From the human T2T-CHM13v2.0 reference genome, Homo sapiens, in NCBI RefSeq assembly GCF_009914755.1, contig NC_060931.1: a stretch of 64,000 bases of DNA. The stretch is one strand, 5' to 3'. The notes beneath the pieces are model-generated. The model worked only from the letters and a program-made list of their open reading frames with translations, made no database searches and was not told where the DNA came from. Within the stretch, counting starts at the first letter, position 1. Every line of letters starts with the position of its first letter. This document shows positions 24,701-60,144 of the stretch, in pieces. A program made the position numbers and the translations under genes.

Positions 24701-27700
24701 TTTTTGCCATTGGTCTCAAAGAGCTCCCAAATATCACTTCACAGAGACTACAACAACAGTGTTTCCAGAATGCTGAATGAAAAGAAAGTTTTAACTCTAT
24801 GAGGTGAATGCACACATCACAAAGCAGTTTCTCAGATAACTTCCTTCTAGTTTTTATCCTGGGGTATTTCTTTTTTTGCCATTGGAAAAAGGATCTCCCA
24901 ATTGCCTATTTGCAGAATGGACAAAAACAGTTTTTGGAAACTGCTGCATCCACAGAAAGTTTTAACTCTGTGAGATGAATGCATAAAACACAGGGAAATT
25001 TCCCAGGAAGCTTGCTAGTTTTTATCCGAAGACATTTCGTTTTTCACCACAGGCCTCAATGCACTCCAAAATATAAATTCGCAAATTCTACAAAAACAGT
25101 GTTTCCAAACTGCTGAATGAAAAGAATGATGTAACTCTGCAAGATGAAAGCACACATCACAAAGCAGTTTCTCAGATAGCTTCCTTTTAGTTTTTTTCTG
25201 GGATATTCTCTTTTTGCCTTTTGCCTCAGTGAGTTCTCATATATCTCTTCACAGATTCTACAACAACAGTGTTCACAATCTGCAGTGTGAAAAAAAGAGT
25301 TTAACTCTGTGAGATGAACGTACACATCACAAAGCTGTTTCTTGGATAGCTTCCTTCTAGGTTTATTTTTCTGGGATATTCACTTTCTAACCTTTTACCT
25401 CATTAAGCTCCATAATATACCTTCATAGATTCTACAAAAACAGGGTTTCCAAACTGCTACATCCACAGAAAGGATTAATTCTGTGAGATGAATGCACACA
25501 TCACAAAGCAGTTTCTCAGAAAGCTTCTTTCTCCTTCTTTTTTTGAAGATATTTCATTTTACACCATAGGCCTCAATACACTGAAAGACATCACTTCACA
25601 GATTCTACTAAAACAGTGTTTACAAACTGCTGAACATACAGAAAGGTTTAACTCTGTTAGATGAATGCACATATCATAAACCTGTTTCTCAGAAAGCTTC
25701 TTTCTAGTATTTATCTGAAGATATTTCCTTCTTCACCATAGGCTCAATGTGCTCCTAAATATCCCTCCACAGATTCTGCCAAAATGGTGTTTCCAGACTG
25801 CTGTATGAAAAGAAAGTTTGTCTCTGAGAGATGAATGCACACATCACAAAGCAATTCCTCAGCTAGGTTCCTTCTAGTTTTAATCCTGGGGTATTCACTT
25901 TTTTGCCTTTGACCTCAATGAGTTTCCAAATGTCCATTCACAGAATGGACAAAAACAGTGTTTGCAAACTGCTAATTCCACAGAAATGTTTACTATTGTG
26001 CAATGAAGGGAACATCACAAAACAGTTTCTCACAAAGCTTCTTTCTAGTTTTTATCAGAAGATATTTCTTTTTTCACCATATGCCTCAATGTGTTCACAA
26101 ATATACCTTCAGAGATTCTACGAAAACTATGTTTCCAAACTGCTGAAAAAAAGAAAGGTTTAAATCTACCAGATGAATGCACACATCACATAGCAGTTTC
26201 TCAGATCACTTCCTTCTAGTTTTGATCCTAGGATATTCGATTTTTTGAAATTGGCCTCAATGAGCTCCCAAATCTCCACTTGCAGAATGGACAAAAACAG
26301 TGTTTGCAAATTGCTGATTCCACAGAAATGTTTAATTCTGTGAGATGAATGCACACATCACAAAGCCATTTCTCAGAATGCTCCTTTCTAGTTTTTATCT
26401 GAAGATATTTCCCTTTTCACCATAAGCCTCATTGTACCCCAAGATATCACCATGCAGATTCCACAAAAACAGTGTTTTCAAACTGCTGAATGAAAAAGAA
26501 AGGTTTAACTCTCCAAGATGAATGCACACATCACAAAACAGTTTCTCACAAATCTTCTTTCTTGTTTCTATCTGAAGATATTTCCTTTTTCACCTTAGGC
26601 CTCAATGCATTCCCAAACATCCCTTCATGGACTCTGCCAAAACAGTGTTTCCACACTGCTGAATGAAAAGAAAGTTTTAACTCTGCGAGGTTCCCATCAA
26701 AAAGTGGTTTCTCAGATAGCTTCCTTTTAGTTTTGACCCTGGGATATTTGCTTTTTCACCATTTGTCTCAGTGAGCTCTCAAATATCCCTTCACAGATTC
26801 TACAAGAGTGTTTCCAAACTGATAAATCCAAAGAAATGTTTAGCTCTGTGAGATGAATGCACACATCACAAAGCAGATTCTCAGAAAGCTTCTTTCTAGA
26901 TTTTATCTGAAGATATTTCCTTTTTAACCATAGGCCTCTATGTTCTCCCAAATATCCTTTTGAAGATTCTGCCAAATCAGTGTTTCCAAAGTGAAATGAA
27001 AAGAAAGATTTATCTCTGTGAGGGGAATCCACACATCACAAAGTGATTTCTCAGAAAGCTTCTTTCTAGTTTTTATCTGAAGATATTTCCTTTTTCACCA
27101 TACGCTTCAAAGCACTGCCAGATATCCCTTTGCAGAGTCTACAAAAACAGTGTTTCCAAAGTCCTCAATGAAAAGAAAGGTTTAACTCTGTGAGAAGAAT
27201 CCATACAACACAAAGTGGTTTCTCAATAGCTTCTCTCTAGTTTTTATCCTGGGATATTCCTTTTTTGCCATTGGCCTCAATGAGCTTCCAAATGTCCATT
27301 TTCAGAATGGACAAAAAACAGTGTTTGCAAACTGCTGAATCCACAGAAAGTTTGAACTCTCTGAGATGAATGCACATATAACAAAGCAGTTCTCAGAAAT
27401 CTTATTTCTAATTTTTATCTGAAGATATTTCCTTTTTCACCACAGAACTCAATGCACTTGCAAATATAACTTTGCACTTTCTACAACAACAGTGTATACA
27501 TACTGCTGAATGAAAAGAATTGTTTAAGTCATAGAGTTGAATGCACACATCACAAAGTGGATTCTCAGGTAGTCTCCTTCTAGTTTTTTTCCTGGGATAT
27601 GTAACTTTTCGAATTTGGCCTCAATGAGGTTCCAAATATCCTTCCCAGATTCTACAACAACCGTGTTTCCAAAATGTTGAATCCAAAGAAATGTTTATAG

Positions 27701-29631
27701 TTTATTTGAAGATATTTCCTTTTTCACCATAGGCCTCAATGAACTCCCAAATATAACTTTGCAGATTCTATGACAACAGTGTTTACAAATTGCTGAATTA
27801 AAAGGATGGTTTAAATCTGAGACATGAATGCACACATCAGAAAATTCTTTTTCAGATACCTTCCTTCTAGTTTTTATCCTCGGATATTCACTTTTTCTTC
27901 ACTGACCTCAATGAGCTCCCAAATGTCCATTCGTAGAATGTGCAAAAACAGTCTTTGCAAACTGTTGAATCCAGAGAAAGGTTTCACTCTGTGGGATGAA
28001 TGCACACATGACAAAGCAGTTTCTCAGAAAGCTTCTTTCTAGTTTTTATCTGAAGTTATTCCTTTTCCAGAATGGGCCTCAACGTGCTCCCAAATATAAC
28101 TTCACAGATTCTACAACAGTTTTTCCAAACTGCTGAATGAAAAGAATAGTTTACCTCTGATATTTGAATGCACACGTCGCAAAGCTGTTTCTCACATATC
28201 TTCCTTTTATTTTTTTAACCTGGGATACTCACCTTTTCACCTTTGGCTGCAATGAGCTACCACATATCTCTTTGCAGATTCTACAATAACAGTTTACCCA
28301 AACTGCTGAATCTGCAGAAAGGTTAAACTCTGTCAGCTGAATGCACACATCACAAAGCAGTTTCTCAGAATTCTTTCTAGTTTCTATCTGAAGATATTTC
28401 CTTTTTCACCAAAGACCTGAATGCGCTCCCAAATATCCTTTTGTGGATTCTGCCAAAACAGTGTTTCTAGACAGCTGAATGAAAAGAAAGATTTATCTCT
28501 GTGATGTGAATGCTCATGTCACAAACTGGCTTCTTTATATCTTCCTTCTAGCTTTTATCCTGGGATATTCCCTTTTATGACATTGGCCTCAATTAGCTCC
28601 AAAATGTCCATTCACAGAATGGATAAAAACAGTGTTTGCAAACTACTGAATCCACTGAAAGTTTCATCTCTGTGAGATGAATACACACATCACAAAGCAG
28701 CTTTTCAGAATGTTTCTTTCTAGCTTTTATCTGAAGATATTTCCTTTTTCACCATAGGCCTCAATGCGCTCCAAATTATAACTTTGCAGATTCTACAAAA
28801 ACAGTATTTCCAAATTGCTGAATGAATAGAGAGATTTAACTCTGTGAGAAAAATGCACATTTCAAAAAGCTATTTCTTAAATAGCTTCCCTCTAGTTTTT
28901 ATCCTGGGATATTTGTTTTTTCTCCATTGGCCTCCATGAACTTCCAAATATCCCTTCACAAATTCTACAACAACAGTGGTTTCAAACTGCTGAATTAAAA
29001 GAAAGGTTTAACTCTGTGAGGTGAATGCACACATCACAAAGCTGTTTCTCAAATATCTTTTATCCTGGGATATTTGCTTTTTTGACTTTGGCTTCAATGA
29101 GCTCACAAATGTCCATTTGCAGAATAGACAAAAAGAGCATTTGCACACTGCTGAATCCACAGAAATGTTCGCCTCTGTGTGATGAATGTACACATTACAA
29201 AAGCAGTTTCTAAGAAATCTTCTTTCTAGTTTGTATCTGAAGATATTTCCTTTGTCATCATAGGCCTCAATGCACTCCCAAATACATCTTCACAGATTCT
29301 ATAAAAACAGTGTTTACAAACAGCTGAATGAAAAGAAAGTTTTAACTCTGTGAGATCAATGCACATCACAAAGCCCTTTCTCGAATAGCTTCCTTCTAGT
29401 TTTTACCCTGAGATATTTGCTTTATCACTATTGGCCTAAATGGGTCCCACAGGTGCATTCACAGAATGGACAAAAACAGTGTTTCCAACCTGCTGAATAA
29501 AATAAAGCTTTAACTCTGTGAGATGAATACACAGATCACAAAGCAGATTCTCAGAAAGATTATTTCTATTTTTTTCTAAAATATTTTTTCTCCATAGGCT
29601 TGAAAGCACCCCCAAATATTGCTTCACAGAT
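15705..29631 (-). repeat. Alpha satellite, reverse orientation (~13.9 kb, ~81 monomers)
   Basis: Units read GTTTAACTCTGTGAGATGAATGCACACATCACAAAGCAGTTTCTC, the reverse complement of the flanking arrays. Confidence 0.98.
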
Positions 29632-30344
29632 TCAAATTGTCCCTGTTTGCAGATGACATGATTGTGTATCTAGAAAACCCCATCTCAGCCCAAAATCTCC
29701 TTAAGCTGATAGGCAACTTCAGCAAAGTCTCAGGATACAAAATCAATATGCAAAAATCACAAGCATACTTATACACCAAAAACAGACAAACAGAGAGCAA
29801 AACCATGAGTGAACTCCCATTCACAATGGCTTCAAAGAGAATAAAATACTTAGGAATCCAACTTACAAGGGATGTGAAGGACCTCTTCAAGGAGAACTAC
29901 AAACCACTGCTCAATGAAATAAAGGAGGATACAAACAAATGGAAGAAAATTCCATGCTCATGGGTAGGAAGAATCAATATCGTGAAAATGGCCATACTGC
30001 CCAAGGTAATTTATATGTTCAATGCCATCCCCATCAAGCTACCAATGTCTTTATTCACAGAATTGGAAAAACTACTTTAAAGTTCATGTGGAACCAAAAA
30101 AGAGCCCACATTGCCAAGTCAATCCTAAGCCAAAAGAACAAAGCTGGAGGCATCACACAACCTGACTTCAAACTATACTGCAAGGCTACAGTAACCAAAA
30201 CAGCATGGTACTGGTACCAAAACAGAGATATAGACCAATGGAACAGAACAGAGCCCTCAGAAATAATGCCACATATCTACAACCATCTGATCTTTGACAA
30301 ACCTGACAAAAACAAGAAATGGCGAAAGGATTCCCTATTTAATA
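29632..30344 (+). mobile_element. Internal L1 ORF2 fragment (~710 bp, end of the RT domain), L1PA4/5-like, no poly(A) and no TSD
   Basis: Encodes [16 protein letters not shown]...[14 protein letters not shown], then after a frameshift ...[14 protein letters not shown]...KDSLFN. Both ends abut alpha satellite directly. Confidence 0.95.
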
Positions 30345-33300
30345 GTCAGATGCTTTTTGAAAAACGACTTTTTGATGTGTGTATTCATCTCAGAGATTTA
30401 AACTTTTCTTTGGATTCTGCAGTTTGAAACACTGTTTATGTCCATTCTGCGAATAGACATGTGGGAGCTCATTGATGCCAATGGCAAAAAAGTGAATATC
30501 CTAGGACAAAATCTAGCAGGAACTTATCTGAGAAACTGCTTTGTGATGTGTTCATTCATCACGCAGAGTTAAAACTTTCTTTTCATTCAGCAGTTTCTAA
30601 ATACTGCCTTTGTGGAATGTGCAAAGGGATATTAAGGAGCTCATTGAGGCCTACTGTGAAAAAGGAATCATCTTCAGATAAAAAATAGCATGAAGCTTTC
30701 TGAGGAACTGCTTTGTGATGTGTGCATTCATCTCACAGAGTTGAAACTTTCTTTGGATTCAGCAGTTTGGAAACAATGTTTTTGTCCATTCTGTGAATAG
30801 ACATTTGGGAGTTCATTGAGGCCAATGGTGAAAAAGCAAATATCCCAGGATAAAAACTACAAGGAAGCTATCTGAGAAACCACTTTGTTATGTGTTCATT
30901 CATCTCACAGAGTTAAACCTTTCTTTTCATACAGCAGTTTGGAAACACTGTTTTCATAGAATCTGCAAAGTGATATCTAGGAGCACATTGAGGCCTATGA
31001 TGAAAAAGGAAACAACTGCATAGTGTGCCTGTTCATCTCACAGAGTTGAACATTTCTTTGGATTCAGCAGTTTGGAAACACTGTTTTTGTAAATTCCGTG
31101 AATGGACATTTCAGAGCTCATTGGGGCCAATGGGAAAAAAAAAGCAAATATCCCAGGATAAACACTAGAAGGAAGTTATCTGAGAAACTGCTTTGTGATG
31201 TGCACATTCATCTCACAGTGTTAAAACATTGTTTTCATTCAGCAGTTTGGAAACACTGTTTTTACGCATCTGTGAAGGGATATTTGGGAGCACATTGAGA
31301 ACAATATTGGAAAAGGAAACATATTCAGATAAAAACTAGAAAGAAGCTTTCTGAGAAACTGCTTTGTGATGTGTGCATTCATCACAAAGAGTTATACTTT
31401 TCTTTGGATTCAGCACTTTGGAAACACTGTTTCTGTCCATTCTGCAAATGGACTTTTGGGAGCTCGTTTAGGCCACTGACCAAAAAGTAAATATCCTAGA
31501 ACTAAAATGAGAAGAAAGTTATCTGAGAAACTGCTTTGTGATGATTGCATTCACCTCACAGAGTTCAACCTTTCTGTTCATTCAGCTCTTTAGACACATT
31601 TTTTTTGTAGAATAGGTGAAGGGTTATTTGGGATTGCTTTGAGGCCTATGGTGAAAAAGGAAATATCTTCAGATACAAAATTGAAAGAAGGTTTCTGAGA
31701 AACTGCTTTGTGATTTGTGCATTCAGCTCAAAGATTTAAAACTGTCTTTGGATTCAGAAGTTTGGAAACCCTGTTTTGGTCCATTCTGCAAATGGACATT
31801 TGGGAGCTCATTGAGGAGAATGGTGAAAAGTGAATATCACATGAATAAAACTAGAAGGAACCTATCTGAAAAACATCTTTGTGATGTGTGTATTCAACTC
31901 ACAGTGTTAAAACTTTCTCTTCAATCAGCAGTTTGGAAACACTGTTTTTGTAGAATCTGCAAAGGGATACTTTGTAGCTCATTGAGGCCTATGGTAAAAA
32001 AGGAAACATCTTCAGATAAAAACTAGAGAGAAGCTTTCTGGGAAACTGCTTTTTGGATATGTGCATTCATCACATAGAGTTAAACCATTCTTTATATTCA
32101 GCATTTGGGAAACACGGTTTTTTTTTTATTGTGCAAATGGACATTTAGGAGCTCATTGAGGCCAAGGGTGAAAAAGTGAATATCCCAGCATCAATACTAG
32201 AAGGAAGGTATCTGAGAAACCACTTTGTGATGTGTGCATTCATCTCACACAGTTAAAGCTGACTTTTCATTCAGCAGTTTATATACCGTGTTTTAGTGGA
32301 AACTGCAAAGGTATATTTGGGAGTGCATTGAGGCCTATGGTAAAAATGGAAACATCTTTACATAAAAACTAGAAACAATTTTCTGAAAATCTGCTTTGTG
32401 ATGTAAGCTTTCATCTCACACAGTTAAATCTTCCTTTGGATTCAGCAGATTGGGCACACTGTTTTTGTCCATTCTGAGAATGGACATTTTGGAGCTCATT
32501 GAGACCAATGGCAATAAAGTGAATATCCCAGCATCAAAATTAGAAGGAAGCTATGTGAGAAACGACTTTGTGATGTGTGCATTCATCTGGCAGAGTTAAA
32601 ACTTTCCTTTCATTCAGCAGTTTGGAAACACTGTTTTAGTAGAATCTGTGAAGGTATATTTGGGAGCACTTTGAGACCTATGATGAAAAAGGAAATATCT
32701 TCAGATAAAAACTAGAAAGTAGCTTTCTGAGAAACTGCTTTATGATGTGTACATTCTTCTTAAAGAGTTAAAGCTTTCTTTTTAATCAGCAGCTTGGAAA
32801 CACTGTATTTGTCCCTTCGGCAAATGGATGTTTGGGAGCTCATTGAGGCCAATGTCAAAAAAGCCAATATCTCAGGATAAAAACTAGAAAGAAGATATCT
32901 GAGAAACTGCTCTGTGATGTGTACATTCATCTCAGAGAGTTAAACCTTCCTATTTATTCACCAGTTTGGAAAAACTGTTTTGGAGTCTTTTGCAAAGGGA
33001 TATTTAGAGCATATTGAGGCCTATGGTGAAAAAGGAAACATCTTCAGACAACAACTAGAAAGAAGCTTTCTGAGAAACTCCTTGGGATGTGTACATTTAT
33101 CTCACAGAATCAAACATTTCTTTGGATTCAGCAGTTTTGAAACACTGTTTTTGTCCATTATGTGAATGGAGAATTTGGAGATCATTGAGGCCAATGGGGA
33201 AAAAGCAAATATCCCACCATCAAAACTAGAAGGAAGTTATCTGAGAAACTGCTTTGTGATGTGTGCATTCATCTCACTGAGGTAAACCTTTATTTTCTTT

Positions 33301-36300
33301 CAGCAGTTTGGAAACACTGTTTTTGTAGAATCTGTGAAGGGATATTTGGGAGATATTGAGTTATATGGAGAAAAAGAAAACATCAGATAAAAACTAGAAA
33401 GAAGATTTCTGGGAAGCTCCTTTGTGATATGTGATATGTGCATTCTTCTCACAGAGTTAAACCTTTCTTTTAAATCAGCAGTTCAGAAAGACCCTTTTTG
33501 TCCATTCTGCAATTGGACATTTGGGAGCTCATTTAGGCCAATGTTGAAAAAGCCAATATCTCAGGATAAAAACTAGAAGGAAGCTTTCTGAGAAATCGCT
33601 TTTTGATGTGCATTCATCTGACAGAGTTTAAACTTTCTATTCAGTCAGCAGTTTAAAAACGATGTTTTGGAATCTTATGTGAACGGATATTTGGGAGAAT
33701 ATTGAGGCCTGTGGTGAAAAGGAAACATTTTCAGATAAAAACTGGAAAGAAGTTTTCAGAGAAACTGCTTTGGGATGTTTGCATTCTTCTCACAGAGTTC
33801 ACTCTTTCTTTTTATTTAACAGTTTGGAAACACTGTTTTTGTATTATCTGCGAAGGGATATTTGGGTACACATTGAGGCCTATGGTGAAAAATTAAAGAT
33901 CTTCAGATAAAAACTAAAAATATGTTTTCTGAGAAACTGTTTTGTGATGCAGGCATTCATATCACAGAGTTAAAACTTTCTTTTTATTCAGCAGTTTAAA
34001 TACATTCTATTTGTCCATTTTGGGAATGGACGTTTTGGATCTCTTTGTGGCCAATGCCTAAAGGCAACTATCCCAGGATAAAAACTAGAAGAAATCTATC
34101 TAAGAAACCACTCTGTGATGTATGCCTTCATTTCACAGAGGTAAACCTTTCTTTTCATTCATCAGTATGGATACACTGCTTTTGTGGAAACTGCAATGTG
34201 ATATTTGGGAGTATATTGAGGCCTATGTTAAAACAGAAATTTATTCAGATAAAAACTAGAAAGAAGTTTCAGAGAAACAACTTTGTGATGTGTACATTCA
34301 TCTCACAGAGTTAAACCTTTCTTTGGATTCAGCAGTTTAGAAACACTGTTTTAGTCCATTCTGCAAATGGACATTTGGGAACTCACTGAGGCCAATGGCA
34401 AAATAGCGAATATCCCAGCATGAAAACTAGAAGGAAGTTCTCTGAAAAACCACTTCATGATCTGTGCATTCAACTCGCAGAGTTAAACTTTTCTTTCATT
34501 GATCAGTTTGGAAACACTGTTTTTGTAGAATCTGTGAAGGGATATTAGGGAGTACATTGAGATCTATGGTGAAAAAGAAAACATCTTCAAATAAAAACTA
34601 GAAAGCAAATTTCTGAGAAACTGATTTGTGATGGCTGCATTCATATCATGGAGTTAAACATTTTTTGCATTCACTAGTTTGGAAACACTGTTTTTGTCCA
34701 TTTTTCAAATCTACATTTTTGCACTCATTGAGGCCACCTGCAAAAAAGTGAACATCCCATGATAAAAACTAGAAAGAAGCTTCTGAGAAACTGCCTTATG
34801 ATGTGTGCGTTCTTCTCATAGAGTTAAACATTTATTTGGATTCAGCAGTTCAGAAACACTGTTTTTGTCCATTCTATGAGTGGACATTTGGGAACTCACT
34901 GAGGCCGATGGTGAAAAAGTTAATATCTAAGGCTAAAAACTAGAAGGAAGCTATCTGAGAAACCCTTTTTTGATGTTTGCATTCATCTAGCAAAGGTAAA
35001 CCTATCTTTTCATTTACCAATTTGGAAACACTGTTTTTGTAGAATATGTGCAAGGATATTTGGGAGTATATTGAGGCCTGTGGTGAAAAAGGAAATATCT
35101 TCAGATAAAAACTAGAATGGTGCTTTCTGAGAAACTGCTTTCTAATGTGTGCATTCATCTCACAGAGTTAAACATTTCTTTTGATTCAGCAGTTTGGAAA
35201 CAGTCTTTTTGTAAATTCTGCAAATGGACATTTGGGATCTCATTGGGGCCAATGGCAAAAAAGAAAATATCACAGGATAAAACTAGAAGGAAGCTATCTG
35301 AGAAACTGCAATGTGATGTGTGCATTCATCTCACTGTGTTAAACCGTTCTTTTCATTCAGCAGTTTGGAAACCCTTTTTTTCCACAATCTTTGAAGGGAT
35401 ATTTGAGAGCACATTGAGGCCTCTATTGGAAAAGGAAACATCTTCAGATAAAAACTAGAAAGACCCTTTCTGAGAAATTGCTTTGTAATGTGTGCAGTCA
35501 TCTCAGAAAGATATACTTTACTTTGGATTCAGCAGTTTGGATACACCATTTTTGTCCATTCTGCAAATGGACATTTGGGAGCTCATTTAGGCCAATGGCA
35601 GAAAACCAAATATCCTAGAAGAAAAGCTAAAAGGAATCTATCTGAGAAACCACTTTGTGATGTGTGCATTCATCTTGCAGAGTTAAATGTTTCTTTTCAT
35701 TTAACAGTTTGGAAACACTTTTGTAGAAACTGTGAAGGGATATTTGGGAGCACATTGAGGTCTATGGTGAACATGGAAACATCTTCAGATAAACACTAAA
35801 AATATGCTTTCTGAGAAATTTTTTTGTGAGGCTTGCATTCATATCACAGATTTAAAACTTTCTTTTTATTCAGTAGTTTGGAAACACTGTTTTTATTCAT
35901 TCTGGGAATGGACATTTGGGCCATTGGCCCAAATTATTGCGGCCAATGGTGAAAACGTGAATATCCCAGGATAAAAACTAGAAAAAAGCTATCATTGAAA
36001 CTGCTTTGTGATGTGTGCACTGATCTTGCAAAGTTAAACCTCACTTTTTCTTCAGCACTTTGGATACAGTGTTTTTGTTGAAACTGTGAAGAGATATTTT
36101 GGAGTGCATTGAGGCCTATAGTGAAAAAGTAAACATCTTCAGATAAAAACTAGAAAGTAGATTTCTGAGAAACTGCTTAGTGATATGTGCCCTCATGTCA
36201 AAGAGTTAAATCTTTCTTTTCATTCAGCAATTTGGAAACAATCCTTTCGTCCATTCTGGGAATGGACATTTGGGAACCCATTGAGGTCAAAGGTGACAAA

Positions 36301-37077
36301 GTGAATATCGTAGGACAAAAACGAGAAGACAGCTGTCTGAGAAACTGCTTTGTGATGTACACATTCATCTCATAGAGTTAAACTTTTGTTTTTATTTAGC
36401 AGTTTGGAAACACTGTTTTGGTAGAATCTTCGAAGGGATATGTGGGAGTGCATTGAGGCCTATGGTGAAAAAAGAAATATCTTCAGATAAAAACTACAAA
36501 GAAGCTTTCTGAGAAACTATTTCATTGTGTGTGCATTCATCTCACAGAATTAAATCTTTCTTTGGATTCAGGAGTTTGGAAACTCTTTTTGGAAATTCTT
36601 GGAATGGACATTTGGGAGCTCATGGAGGCCACAGGCGAAAAAATGAATATCCCAGGGTAAAAACAAGAAGAAAGCTACCTGAGAAACCGCTTTGTGATGT
36701 AATGCATTCAACTCATAGAGGTAAACTTTTTTTCATTCATCAGTTAGAAACACTGTTTTTGCAGAATATTTGATGGCATATTTGGGAGCATGTTGAGAAC
36801 TATAGTGAAAAAAGGAAATATCTTCAGATAAAAACTAGAAAGAAGCTTTCTGAGAAACTGCTTTGTGATTTGCACATTCATCTCACAGAGACAAAACTTT
36901 CTTTGGATTCAAGAGTTTGGAAACACTGTTTTTGTCCATTCCACAAGTGGATTTTTTTTAGCTCATTGAGGTCAATGGTTAAAAGTGAATATCCGAAGAT
37001 AAAACCTAGAAGGAAGATATCTGAGAAACTGCATTGTGATGTGTGCATTCATCTTGCAGAGATAAAACTTTCTTTTC
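30345..37077 (+). repeat. Alpha satellite, forward orientation, mostly regular dimer alternation
   Basis: Alternating 'ggcctatggtgaaaaaggaaa..tcttcag' and 'ggccaatgg..aatatcccagg' monomers. Confidence 0.98.
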
Positions 37078-60144
<23,067 letters not shown>

